Source: the human T2T-CHM13v2.0 reference genome, Homo sapiens. Taken from it: DNA of 64,000 nt. The translations under genes were made by a program, and so were the position numbers. The DNA is taken from the NCBI RefSeq assembly GCF_009914755.1, contig NC_060925.1, one strand, 5' to 3'. The notes beneath the pieces were generated by a model, which was not told the DNA's origin, made no database searches, and saw nothing but the letters and a program-made list of their open reading frames with translations. Positions 52,011-64,000 of this stretch are shown here, piece after piece; within the stretch, counting starts at the first letter, position 1, and each line of letters begins with the position of its first letter.

Positions 52011-55000
52011 CTGCGGGAAGGAGGACACACACAGGGTGAGTTGGGGAAGAGGGTGGGCATGGCTGAGGGAGGGCCAACGGCAGGCTGGGCATTGGAAAGA
52101 GCATCGGATGCTGCATCAGGAAGTGGGGGCTCCTGAGTTGATCACTAGCTTTTCAGCTCTGGGCTTGTACCCACATCTGATCCAGTGTCTGTCCTCCAAT
52201 CTCTCAGAATTAACATGAGGATCTATCAAGAATGTATACAAACGCAATCCCCTTTCACCCTTTCTTCTACAGCAACCCTGCTTCAAGTCACTATCAGCTC
52301 TCCTGGGATTTGCACCAAGGCCTCCTACCTGGTCTCTCTGCTACCTTACCCCCCACCCCTGTGGTTTGTTCTCTACCCAGTCGCTACAGTGAGCCTTTAA
52401 AAACCCAACTCAGTTTGGTAGCTCCTCTGTTGTCTCCTCATGTCTTTCAGAAGAAGAGCCAAAGGGCTTGCTGGGCCCACGAGGCTCCCCAAGCCCACAC
52501 CTGGCCATCCTCCTCATGCCTGACCTCATCTCCTGCTCTTGCCCTGCTCTACACAGGTCCATTTGCTCATCCGTGACTGTGACAGGCAGGCTCTGGCCAT
52601 TGCATTTGCTGCTTCCTGTGTTGGAATGTTCTTCCCTCCCTGAATTCTTTCTTATCTCTGTTCATATGTCCTCACTTCCCTTTACAGAATGGAAAACCTT
52701 ACGTCTTCCCAGGCCCTACCTCTGGTACTCCCTGTCTCTCATTTCCTGCTGTATTTTTATGAGTGCATAGCTCATCACCTGGCATATATTTGTCTAGTTG
52801 GTTATTGGCATCTTCCCCCATTCAAATTATAAGTTTCATTAGGTAAGGGACTTTGTGTGGCTCACTGTGACATACACAGTGACTGTAACAGTGTCTTGAA
52901 TATAATTGGGGCTCAATACACCTTTACAGAATTATGTGGAATCAATCAGCGGTCAGAAAACAAAAATAAGGTACAAAAGTAAGGCATTACTCTTATCTTT
53001 CCACCAGGTGGCGCTGTGTTCTTTAGCAAATGCAGCTGCCATGCGTTTAGCGGCCAGGAGAGAAGGTAGACAAAAAAATCACAGACCACAGACCAGCAGG
53101 CCTCAGGCAGGTCAGCCTGGGGACTGAGCCAGGTTACATAAGGTCCCTGTGCTGACCTTGTCTCCCCAGTTGCTAAGTGTTTTGAGCCTCTAAAAACGGA
53201 TGGGTTTATAAAGGTGGGTATGGACAGAAGCCGAAAAACCTGCCAACACATCCTGCCCCATCATGAGTCTTAGGGTTAAGCACCCAGGAGTGGCACTGGG
53301 CCTGGCTTTCCTAGTCTCTGGTCACAGAAGCCCAGTCACCCCTGTGCCAAGTAAGGCCCTTCTATCTCTACACCTAGCCCTTCCTCCCCTCTAGCCCTGA
53401 TTCTCAGAGGGGAAGGAGCAGGCAGGGTCGTGAGGATTCACTGGGCATATGGGGGCTCTAACCTCTTTAGGGGCCTCACTGCAAATGAACTCCTCAAAGA
53501 TCTGGTGTGCCCTGGAGGCCAGCTTGGTAGCTGATCGGATCTTCTTGAACTCCTCACAGGCCAGCCAGAACTCCAGGTTCTCCTCACTGAACTCTGTCTT
53601 CAGGAAAGCGTGGAAGGCAGCCACTCCATCTGGGGTTGTGGGAAAGAAGAGGAAATAGGTCAGCTGGAGGGACAGCAGGGAATACAAGAAGAAAGGAAAG
53701 CAATTGCAATTAATGGCTCTATTTTTAGAACATAATTTTCTTGAACAATGACCTGCCTTTATATGTTGAATAGAGGCTGGCACACTAGGGGATCATTATT
53801 ATTATTATTACTACTACTATTATTCTGCCCAGGCTCTCAGCAGTCCTGGGGCTGGCTCCAAAGCACATGAGTACACATGTGCCACCCAGAGACAGACACA
53901 AAAGGCTCCTACTCACTTTTACTGCTCAGCAGCAGGTCGAACGACTCTCTCCACCCCAGCACATCTTCTGAGAAGTTTCTACTAAAAGACAAAAAGAAAA
54001 AAAAAGAGTAAGAAAAAAAATCAACAAACCAAAGCATAGTACAAATTCTAGCCAGAACTCTGATGGAAAACTGCATAAAATTCACAGAAAGGCTTGCTTG
54101 GTGATTGCTGAAGCTGACACCTCAAACTCTTAGTTGGACTTAGGGTAAGCAGTAGTGCTTTCTAGAGCACAATTCAGCAACCAGAAATCAAAGCCAGGGA
54201 CTCTTTAGTCCTCAGTCAATATCTCTAAGCCTGTCTCGTCTCTGTCCAAAAATTATTTCAATTCCCCTGACTCTCAAAGATTTGTTTTGTACACCTTCCC
54301 AAGGAAATAAGGTCCTCATAAATAGAGATTACATCTACACATAACTCCAGAGTTTGGTACAGTTGATAGCCAATATGAAAGAGTTTCTAGGCAAGGTGCA
54401 TACTAGAAAACTTCAAGTGGTCTTGGATTCTGTCCTAGCCCTGGATGCACGTGCAATGAATCCCGAGGTGGGAGAGTCTGGGAACTAGGCATTCATGCCC
54501 TGTGTGCCCTCATCCGTGGATGGACTTGGAGCCCTGGAGCCACCTACCCACTCACCCATGAGCCAAGTAGTCATAACAGACCAGCAACAAGTCCCACTAA
54601 AATCTCTAGGGAGGTGTTGCCAAGGTCCACTTAGCGTGTCCTGGCTTCTCCCTGTATTTCCCTCCTCATGACTCCCTTCCCACTCCCTTCCCTCTCGGAG
54701 CCCTGAGCTGGTCAGCAACACTTACTTCTCTTTGCTGTGTTTACTGCCCCACTCGAACTTGCCAGTACTCCCAGTATCGCAGCCCAGCTCTGATTTGTGA
54801 AGAAAGATCCCCAGACGTGTCTTGAACTCTTTGGCTCTGAAAAACAAATCAGGAACATGAAAGCATTCTCTCATTTGCTCAGCCAGTGTGGAGAGGTTTA
54901 TGGGTCCCAGAAGAGCTCTGGGTGGTGCCACCCAAACTTTAGCCTCAAGAGTTCCTGGAAACTCTTGGCTGTCCCCAGGCCAAGAGTGCTTCTCTTATCA

Positions 55001-55756
55001 GCATCATCAACCCCAAAGCAACAAAAGCAATGTTTGAGCTATGCTGTGGTAGGTCTTACACTTTCTGGGTAATACACACGCTGCATATATGGGCTTTTCC
55101 CTAAAGTCACACTGATCTCTCTTCGTGCCTGTTGATTCAGAAAAGAACTCAGCATTCTTTTCAGAAGTATTTCTGAACTGTGTGGGAAACTGATTCCTGC
55201 CTTCATCTTTACTTTTTCCTTCCCAGCCAGTAAGGACTGGAAGCTGTTGAGTAGCTCTCTGGAATATGGACACACCCTCAACAGTGGGAGCCCCCACCCC
55301 CACACACCCCACCAAAAAAAAAAAAATCTCCCTGTCTTCCAGGGGCAGAGGAGGCAATGCCCCTAGCTCTGGTCTGAGGAATGAAAAACAAATGCTTAAG
55401 AAATGGGCAGGCTCAGTGCTGCCTGGAAATGTCAACGTGGCCTTCCCGCAGCCGGGTCTTCAGCAGGTCACCTGAGCACGACTGCAGTTTGTCAGAGGAT
55501 GGGGATGGCAGCAAGCCGCGGGCCCTTGCTTCCCTTCCCCTTGCTTTCTCCCTGCTCCTGGAATCTGAGCACGTGGCATCAAGTGCGCCTCTACCTCTCT
55601 ACTCAAGCCTCTAGCGCCCCATCCCCGCGCCCACCCAGGTCCCCAGGCCTGCCGCTCCACTCCCTAAGAGTTGGTGGGACTTCCCCCAAGCAGTTGGACA
55701 ACCTCCCCTTACCTCTCCAGGCAGGTGGTGGGGAAGGCGGCCAGGGTGCGGCACAT
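51789..55756 (-). CDS. RGS16: Regulator of G-protein signalling 16, 202 aa; join of 55756-55713, 54836-54726, 53981-53917, 53629-53463, 52010-51789
   Basis: [24 protein letters not shown]…[18 protein letters not shown]…EVNIDHET…[12 protein letters not shown]…DEPSHT*. Exons 44+111+65+167+222 = 609 nt; all GT-AG. Confidence 0.99.
52190..52920 (+). mobile_element. L2 fragment in RGS16 intron 4
   Basis: L2 3' motifs (cctcctacctggtctc, ttgcatttgctgcttcc…tggaatgttctt, ctcaata). Confidence 0.65.
53463..53629 (-). CDS. RGS16: RGS16 exon 4 (RGS box)
   Basis: ccccag| and GAG|gttaga; [21 protein letters not shown]. Confidence 0.97.
53917..53981 (-). CDS. RGS16: RGS16 exon 3 ([22 protein letters not shown])
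   Basis: ttttag| and |gtgagt; not in the ORF track, read by hand. Confidence 0.95.
54726..54836 (-). CDS. RGS16: RGS16 exon 2
   Basis: tttcag| and |gtaagt; [18 protein letters not shown]. Confidence 0.97.
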
Positions 55757-56300
55757 GGCTGCGGGCGCAGGGCAGCACGTAGTAGGCAGGATGGTGGCAG
55801 GCTCCAGGAGGCTCCGCGTGCGCCAGGAAGCAAAGGCGCGGTAGCAGGTGCTAGTCAACTGCGGTTGGGTTTAGCAGCCTGCAAGCGCCCAGACTGAGCG
55901 GCCGCTGCTTTAAATCCCCTCGGAGGAGCGGGGCGGGGCTGGGCACTGCTGACCAATCGGAGGGTGGGGCTGGGCGCTGAGAAGGCGGAGGCGGGGCCCG
56001 CAGCCAGACTGGGCCGGGTGCAACTTTCGCGGCAGCTGGAGCACGCGGAGCTGCACCCTCCGCCCAGAGGACGCCGCGTGTGGAAGGAAAAGCGGCAAGA
56101 GAATTGGCACGGGGATGAGACGTGCACACCCAGTTTCCTAGGGAAAAGTACCTGCCGACCTCTAGTAACAGCAGGAAAGTCACGCAGCGGTGTCGTGTTG
56201 AGAGAGTTTGCACGGGGGTGGTGGGTCTGGGAGGCACACAGGGCTTTCTTTGATCGCAGGCAAGTCTGAGCCTGCTGGGTCCTGAGGACAGGCGCACAGG
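55430..56300 (-). promoter_or_regulatory. RGS16: RGS16 CpG-island promoter: TATA-like ATTTAAA (about 55909-55915), GC boxes (about 55929-55939, 55989-55996), CCAAT (55953-55957)
   Basis: High GC/CpG content; motifs in canonical order upstream of the 5'UTR. Confidence 0.8.
55713..55756 (-). CDS. RGS16: RGS16 exon 1 coding part ([15 protein letters not shown])
   Basis: GCAGCCATGTGC start, GAG|gtaagg donor. Confidence 0.97.
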
Positions 56301-56641
56301 GTGCAAACCTGGGCAAAACAGCATCTGATTATACTGATAAGTACCCTTTACGAGGCTCTTACCATGATGGACACGGGGCTAAGTAAGCTCTTCATCATCA
56401 TCTCCATTTTATAGATGAAGAAATCGAGAATCAGAAAGCTAAATAAACTTGTCCAAGATCACAGTTGGAGATGACAGAAAAGTGGAATAGGGATGAGTAG
56501 TTTATTGAACACCTACTATGTGCTAGGCACATAAGTAAGACTTGCTCAAAGTCTTAGTTATTAAATAACTTGCTCAAAGATGTGCAGCTAGTAAGTGTTG
56601 GCTCCAAAATTCAAATGTGAATTTGCCATTCTTTTTCCATT

Positions 56642-56643
<2 letters not shown>

Positions 56644-56676
<33 letters not shown>

Positions 56677-56688
56677 ACACACACACAC
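56644..56688. repeat. (CA)n microsatellite
   Basis: Directly visible. Confidence 0.95.
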
Positions 56689-57072
56689 AAAGGTTAGTAC
56701 CCGGTCACGGCTATACCTGTGGACGATCCTGGGTTTAAGCAGTTAATACCTTATTGTCTCCATCTCTGACATAAAGGTAATAAATGCCCTTCCTCTCACC
56801 TCATCTTCCCATAAAGGCATTGGGATTGCTATTAAGAGGCTGTATGTGAGGTTAAAAGTACAGGGTCTAGAGTTAGATTTTCAGGTTTCAAGTCATGGCT
56901 CTGCCAGGTGACCTGCTGAAGACCCAGCTGCAGGAAGGCCACGTTCACTGTTAACTGGCTACTGATGGGAGACGAGGCAAACTGCTTAACCTTTCTATGC
57001 CTCCATTTCCTTGTCTCTACGAAGAGAACAACTTATTTCATAAGGTGGTTGTGAGAACTAAATAAATTAATT

Positions 57073-57465
57073 CTTAGTTTGAGTTCCTAGGAACTAGACT
57101 CGGGTAGACACTTGCATGCAGGAGGTTTACTGGGGAGAGTTATCAGAATTAAGAGGGAGTAAAGAAAGCAGGTCTGGGCAGAGGGAGGAGTTGAAGGCCA
57201 TGCCATTTCAACAGAGACCCCAGCTGGTTCCAAGGAATGCCCGGAAGCTCAGCTGGCCCTTTGGAACTGTCCACTGAAGCAAGAGGACAAGGCCCTGGTA
57301 ACCCCATAAAGACCATTCATTGCATACAGCTGCCCAAGAAGACAGCCTAATCTTAAGGCAGTGCCCTTTGTCAAGAGCAATTCCTGGAGAGAGACTAACA
57401 CCCTGGGAAATGATGATCACAGTCCCCAAGACGGGATCTGGGTGGCACCGCACAGCATCCGTGAC
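57073..57465 (-). mobile_element. LTR33-like (ERVL) LTR inserted in a MIR
   Basis: ttgcatgcaggaggtttactgggga…tgggcagagggaggagttgaa…ggatctgggtggcaccgcacagcatcc. Confidence 0.65.
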
Positions 57466-57728
57466 AACATATAAGGTGCTTATATGACAGTGCTCAACAT
57501 GTAGTCAGCAGTCAATAAATGTTATAATAGCTTTCAGTTTTACTTAATAGGGATACTGGGATTGCTAGCAATAAGGAAAATTAGTGAGTCTTTTGTGCCT
57601 CTTGGAATACAGTATAGGCAGTGTATACTGAGGCACTCTTAGTTAAGTACACCTGAGGCACTCTTAGTTAAGTGTACTGGAACAGGAAATAGCTGGAAAT
57701 TGGATCCTATCTCCCAATTCCTGAGCTA

Positions 57729-58083
<355 letters not shown>

Positions 58084-61000
58084 CTAGATGAACGGCCCTC
58101 TCCAAGTTCAACCTGCCTCTTTGTTGCCATGGTTACCTCTTCAGTTTCCAGGCAGAAACTTTTTGAAGTTCACAATTTATCCCAAATTATCTTCCCAGCA
58201 GGTCGGTTCATATCTGCAGTTTCGGTAATGCAGGATGACTCGACAGTTGCTGTAAATCCAGCAAGTTGAGCTCACTTATGAATTGCACTGGCTTGGACAA
58301 AACCTGACCTCATTTTTGCCCAGCACTCCCAGAGCAGATGTGATCTCTTTAATGGATGGCAGCATGGGGGCACGGCTCTGCACCCTGGGTCATCTGGGGT
58401 CAGCAGTCTGGGCAAAGCCGTAGTCAAGATTAAATGTCCCACAGCATCCCAGCCATATTGCCTTTCATCTCCTTCAGCTCCCAGCCCCCAGCACTACCCT
58501 TTCCATGGAGGCAGAAGTCTAGATGGGGATCTTTGTCTACTGATAATGGTAAGCAGAAATGAGAACTCTTCCTCCATTTTTCTGATTTAGCTCAGATGAT
58601 CCTCACAGTGGTTTAGGTCCTCCAAATTCAATCATCAATCTACAAATACATATTTCTTATGAATTTACTATATTCCCAAGTTGGTGGGAAAACAATAGCT
58701 TTTAAGGCTCTTCCCTGAATTCAAGGACCTTATAATCTAGCTAAGGAAATAGAACTGCATGGTGGGGAGCAGGGAAAGTGAAAGGAAACTATTGTTTGTC
58801 ACAGAAACAGATGTCAAGGGAAGAGGCTGATTAGAGACGGTTGACAGTATTGAAAAAGAAGTGATGGAGCCATGGTAGCCAGTGAAAAGCAGAAGAAGTA
58901 GGAGGAGGCATGAAAGTGAAAGAAACAGGAAAAGCTCCTATCATTTGCAGGTACAGCAAAGGTGCAGAAAGACTAAGGAATTTATTAAATGCTGCAGAAG
59001 CACTTAGGGTTGTGGGACACAATTGGATGCCACTTTTAGATTTAAGAGCGTATCCTGAAGCAGCTGAATGAGGAGGCAGTGATCATCTCCAGCAGAAGTG
59101 AAATAGGCAATCACTGGGGACATTTCCCCACTGGTTCATGACAAAAACTTTGGGCACCCTCTCCTCCTGGGTAGGAGAAGTTGACCAAATTCAGCCTGGT
59201 TGTAGGAAATGACTTTTACTATGATTAATGATTACTGTTTAGGGTATTGCATGCAGCTTGCTTTGCTGCTATATTAGTCCTCTCTGGTTTCTTCTTTTCC
59301 CTCCCTCCCCACTTCTCCCAAACCTAGACTTGGAGGATGACGTCTAGACTCCTCTGTAAGGCATCTAAGGCTCTAACCACTTGGTCTCATATCCTTTATA
59401 CACCCTAAATTCCAGCCAAACTCAGCAATTGGCACATTATCCTGGGCATCATGCTGCCTTATACCCACAAACCCTTGAGCATAAAATTCTCTTGGCCTGA
59501 AGGTCCTTCCCCTTCCTGTACTACTCAGTTAAAAAAATATTTTTCAATAAACTGATTTTACTTATATATTGAGATACAATTACATATAATAAAATGCACA
59601 AATCTTAAGAGTACAATTCAATGAGTTTTGACAAATGTATACACCCATGTAACCAATATGTAATCAAGCTATGGCTTCCATCACTCCTCATGCCTGCTCC
59701 AGCAAATTTCTCCCCTAAACAGAGGTGACCACTAGCCTAAGTCCTAGAACCATACATTGGTATTGACTTTTCTTGACTTTTCTACCTATTTTTGAGACCT
59801 AGCTCAACTGCCTTCTATTCTATCATACCATCCCTAATTCCTCCTCCCTCCCCGCATCTGCAAGCAGAGTTGGCCAGGCCTCCTTTGAGCCATCCCTGTT
59901 GCCCTGTACTGATAGAATCAATGTACAGTCTGTTTCCTCTGTGCACTCCTGGAGGGCAGGGACTATTGCCTTGGTCATCTTTTTTTATCTTCAGCCCCTA
60001 TCACCATGCTCAGTTCTGCATATGTTCCATAAATGTTGGCTGGGTAGATGGCTTCTGTTTCAACACAAATAATAAAAGCTAACATTTATCGAACACTTAC
60101 TATGTGCCAGGCTCTGTTCTGTGTGCTTTGACTTGAAGTATCTCTTTCAATGCTCACAATTACACTCATAAGATCAGTAATATATTTTCCCCATTTTACA
60201 TTTGAGTAAACTCTGTTTACGTTGAGTAAACAGAGATTGGTTAAGTAACTTGCCTATGGCCACAAAGCTATTAGGTGGTCGAGTTGGGTTTTGATTTCAG
60301 ATAGTCCAACTCCAGGACCTGGGTTCCTAAGCAAACACTACGTCGGCTTGCCATGTGGTATTTTCTAGAACTCAGAATTGGCTTGCTATGAGAAGAATGA
60401 AGCACATCCTTGGGGAATCACGGCACAATGTTTCAGGTCATCCTTCTGTCTTCTGCAGTTTTGTTTCCTTGTATCCTCTCTTTCTTGCTCACTCCATTCC
60501 TCCCTCCCCATTCACATTTTCCACTTCCTGTCTTTGCCCTTAGCTGTGATGTCATCACAGGCTCTGGATTTTTCTGCTGCTTCACTTCCCAGTCCCTTGT
60601 GTATACAGTTCCCGAGTATGGCTGTGGAGAGTCCCTTTCTCTGCTCAAGTCCCTCTGTTAGCATGTGGGTTTTTATATCTCTTTTTCAGGAAAACTCAGA
60701 ATTCAGCTCTGTGTTCCCCTGCCACACTTTCCAGCCCATGCTGTCCCATCTTCTTTTGCTCATGGAAAAGCCTGGTTCCCACCTGGGAGGGAGACCAGGG
60801 GCAGCTCCCAAAGTCTTTGGGATGTGTCAAAACCCAAGACCTTTGTTCCTCCCCATCCTCCTGGGAACCTGAGAGCTGGGGGATGGCGCCTGGCCCTCTG
60901 AGGTTTATGCTTTCTTGGTTCTCACATGCTGGCTTGGCCCTTCCCAGGCCCAGATCTTAGCGTTTTGTGGTCTGAAACCCGTGAGCTTACCTGCCTGACT

Positions 61001-61845
61001 GTAAGGTCCACTTCACCCCACCCTATAACCCGATAGTCTACCTCCCTCCAGGCTCCCGAACTTTCCCTGCCTGCCAGCGCCCAGCTTCCTCCACCTCTCC
61101 CTGTGCTCACCAGCCCATGCTGTCTCCACTCTGCAAACCCCTGCCCACCCCTGCCATCACCTTGCTGCATTCCCTAAAGTACCAAGTAAGTCATCAGTAA
61201 TAAATGGGCCCATCTCACCTTAACACTTCCATTTCCGAAGTAAGAGAGTTACCTAAGAAGCCTGAGTTTCTAAATGTCTTCCTCTTTCCCACCATACCTC
61301 CTCCTTGCCTTCTTCACCTTTGTCACAAAAGTCATTTTTCTGAGAGTATCTCATTTCCATTCACTAAGACTTAGAAACAAGGCTTATTAGAATCTGCACT
61401 TTACTGTAATGATTTTCCAAGACCCTGAGAAGCCAGTCAGAATGAAAGATTAGAGGGGGGAAACGTGAGGCCTGGGATTTGCAAATGACTGAAAGGTGAT
61501 GTTTATATTTCCCGTCCCCTAGTCCTTTGCAAACTGAGGATGGAGCACATTTTTATTTTAGAACTGGAAAGTCAGACAGGCATAGCACCCCAGATGGTGC
61601 CTCTATCTCTAGAAGGAAATAAGCACCAGAAGAAATCTAACAGGTGCCACCCCTAATCTGGGAGTAGAGGAGGGATTCTGACCATCGCTCCCCACACCAT
61701 ATTCTCTCACCAAGGCAACAGCCAGTGCTGATGTGTAACATCGTGGGCAAGAGGAAAGTATTCTGCTCTTTGGCCTAACTGTTGTGTCAAGAGAACGGGG
61801 ATATAGAATAGGTGAGGAGAGAACATTGTTTTACTCTCAAATATT

Positions 61846-61847
61846 GT

Positions 61848-61889
<42 letters not shown>
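61846..61889. repeat. (TG)n microsatellite
   Basis: Directly visible. Confidence 0.95.
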
Positions 61890-61891
<2 letters not shown>

Positions 61892-64000
61892 GGGCAGGGA
61901 ACTGAAAGACCTTCGCAGAGGAGAACCTCTATGAGTGGCCAACCACCCTCATTTCTTTGAAAACTCAACATATCAGACTACCTCTGTTTCCAGAGACATT
62001 CAGTGTTCTCTCCTCCATTCCAAAGCTGCCTTTGAGATGTGGATGCTTACTTGGACAGGTCTAAAACAGCCTCAGGGAGGTCTGGAGCCCAAATCTCGGT
62101 GCCTAGTGCAGTGTCTAACACAATAGAGACACTCATTAAATAATGAGTGAATGAATCCCACTCCAAACATGGTGAATATCCTTGGAGATTAACTGTCAAC
62201 CCTGCCTGCCCCAGATCCTCCAGATTGCAGGCATTCTCAGCTAAACTTCAGCCAGTCAGCTTTCTGGAAACGGGTCCCAGGAGGGCTGAATTATGCAGTG
62301 AAACTTATTACTCTGCAGCCCTCTTACACTCCCCTCCCCCTGTGGCTTGCAGTCTCCCAGTGCAGAGCAAACTGGAGCAAAATCAGGGAAGGGTCAAGCA
62401 GACATCAGTGGCTCCAGAGCCCAGCTAGAGTCGGAAGCAAGACACCAAACACACATGGCACCTATGCCGACTCCACCTACCCCTCTGTAGGCCTTTAGTG
62501 TGAAAAGCCCCCAGCTTACCTTGCCTCCTTCCTCTTCCTCTCCTAGGTATTCCAGAGCAGCATGTACTAGGGAGAACCCGGCTCTGTGTCAGACAGTAAG
62601 ACGATTTCAGCCAGCTTGGGAGGTTGATGTCTGGTCTTCCTCCAGGCCCTGTCTTAGAGAAAAGGAAACTACCATTTTTAGGGCGCTCCATGATCCAACG
62701 CTGGACTCAGGGCCTTACAGATGCCACCTGTACAGAAGGGGAAACAGACATCGGTGCGTAAGTAATCTCCCCACAGTGACACACCTAGTGAATGGGAGTG
62801 CCAGGCTAGAAACCCAGTTCTATCCACAAGGTCCAACCCCAGGGCTATTCAATGCCTTGTCCCCATGTTCCCTAGCCTCTGAGCATCTCTCCCCCTGGAC
62901 CTTGGCTGCTACTTCAGGCCATTTCTCCTCCTTGTTCTAGTCAGAAATTTCTAGGTGCTTACCTAGGCCACAGATGAGACATAAGGACCCCAGGAACAGC
63001 AAGCCCCAACATGTGAATACCACACACACGTGCAGAGATGTCAGGTCAGAGGCATGGGAGGGGCTTTGTCATCTCCTGGGAGTTAAGGACCTACTTTCTG
63101 TGGGGTACCTCCTCCTCCTTTGAGTCACCTTCCAGGAGTCCCCATGTCAACAGGGAGAGTAGGGGGTGGGGGTGGGGCAGTCTGGTGCAGGGGCACAGAA
63201 GAAAAACCATTTTATAGGAAAGCAGGGGAGGCTCAACAAAAGCACCAACACTAGCTGTAATGTGGCGACAAGTTGGAAGGGATCATGCCTCTCACAATGT
63301 GCTCACAACACCTGAGCAGAGGGAGAAACGTGGTGTGATGTGTGAGCAGCTGGGAGGCTGGGCCGGCAGAGTGGCGGCGGGGGAGGAGGGCCGGAGAAAG
63401 CAATGGGAACAGGTGGTCCTTTCACAAGCTCCCAGGCCCTCAGCCCCTGACACAGCAGCTGTCCTAGAAACAGGCCCAGGTGGACAGAGAGAAGAGCACA
63501 GCAGGGGGTGCATGATGTTTTTGCAGAGATAGAAATGAGCTCTCCCTAATAGGCCCCACACATTTGAGCAGGGGGGCACACGCGGTGAGCTGTGTGACTG
63601 AGCCTGGGTGAGCCACACCTCCTCCGCCAGCCATCTAGCTGTAGTGCTGCTCCAAATGTGACCACAGGGGAACTTTCTGGATCCAAGTCCCCAGGCGTCC
63701 CAAACACCCTGGCTGCAGTAAACACAATGATAGTCACTAACAACTGGTGTGCACACTTCCACTGTGCTCTACATTTATGGCTCTTACAGTCCTCGTCTCA
63801 TTTAATCCTCACACTAACCTCTGAAGAAGGTCCTCTGACCATTGTTTTACAGACGGGGAAACTGAAGCATAGAGAGCTTAATGGAGGAAGAGATGGAAGG
63901 CTCGTGCCATGATTTGGTACTGGGTCATCTGACTGTCCATGCAGTTAGCTACGCATTCTGCAGACTTCCTCCATCCCCAGCTCCCACAGTTACAAAAAGT

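Noticed and set aside
53652-53663. RORE-like GAAATAGGTCA in RGS16 intron 3
   Set aside because: Coincides with the probable branch point (CTGAC) and pyrimidine tract of the exon 4 acceptor, a simpler explanation.
55403-56324. Overlapping 150-164-aa ORFs at the RGS16 promoter
   Set aside because: CpG-island stop-codon depletion and low-complexity Pro/Ala/Arg content.

Overview
Human (primate) genomic DNA, recognisable as chromosome 1q25.3. It holds three genes. (1) The 3' end of RGSL1 on the + strand: five coding exons (178-7531) and a probable non-coding last exon ending near 12070. (2) The complete RNASEL gene on the - strand: 7 exons, about 25110-40734, with a 2226-nt CDS encoding 741 aa. 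(3) The complete RGS16 gene on the - strand: 5 exons, about 50120-55890, 202 aa. I rebuilt every exon from GT-AG boundaries and frame continuity. The rest is interspersed repeat: many Alus, L1, L2, MIR, solo LTRs (MER9, MLT2A, MaLR, LTR33) and DNA transposons (Tigger3a, MER47A, MER20, MER53, and a rare Mutator-like Ricksha with a transposase fossil). This is a well-studied locus and I see no convincing wholly new biological system. The best leads are: an in-frame near-cognate start in Kozak context that could mask the RGS16 Met-Cys N-degron; a near-zero-spacer inverted Alu pair inside the RNASEL pre-mRNA; a MIR-derived exon giving a nuclease-dead RNase L; miR-29 sites and a poly(A) signal supplied by transposons in the RNASEL 3'UTR; an antisense MLT2A LTR beside RNASEL exon 3; an NMD-type layout of RGSL1; and candidate ChoRE and IRF elements. 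Repeat subfamily names and variant identities come from memory of consensus sequences and need RepeatMasker/dbSNP confirmation.
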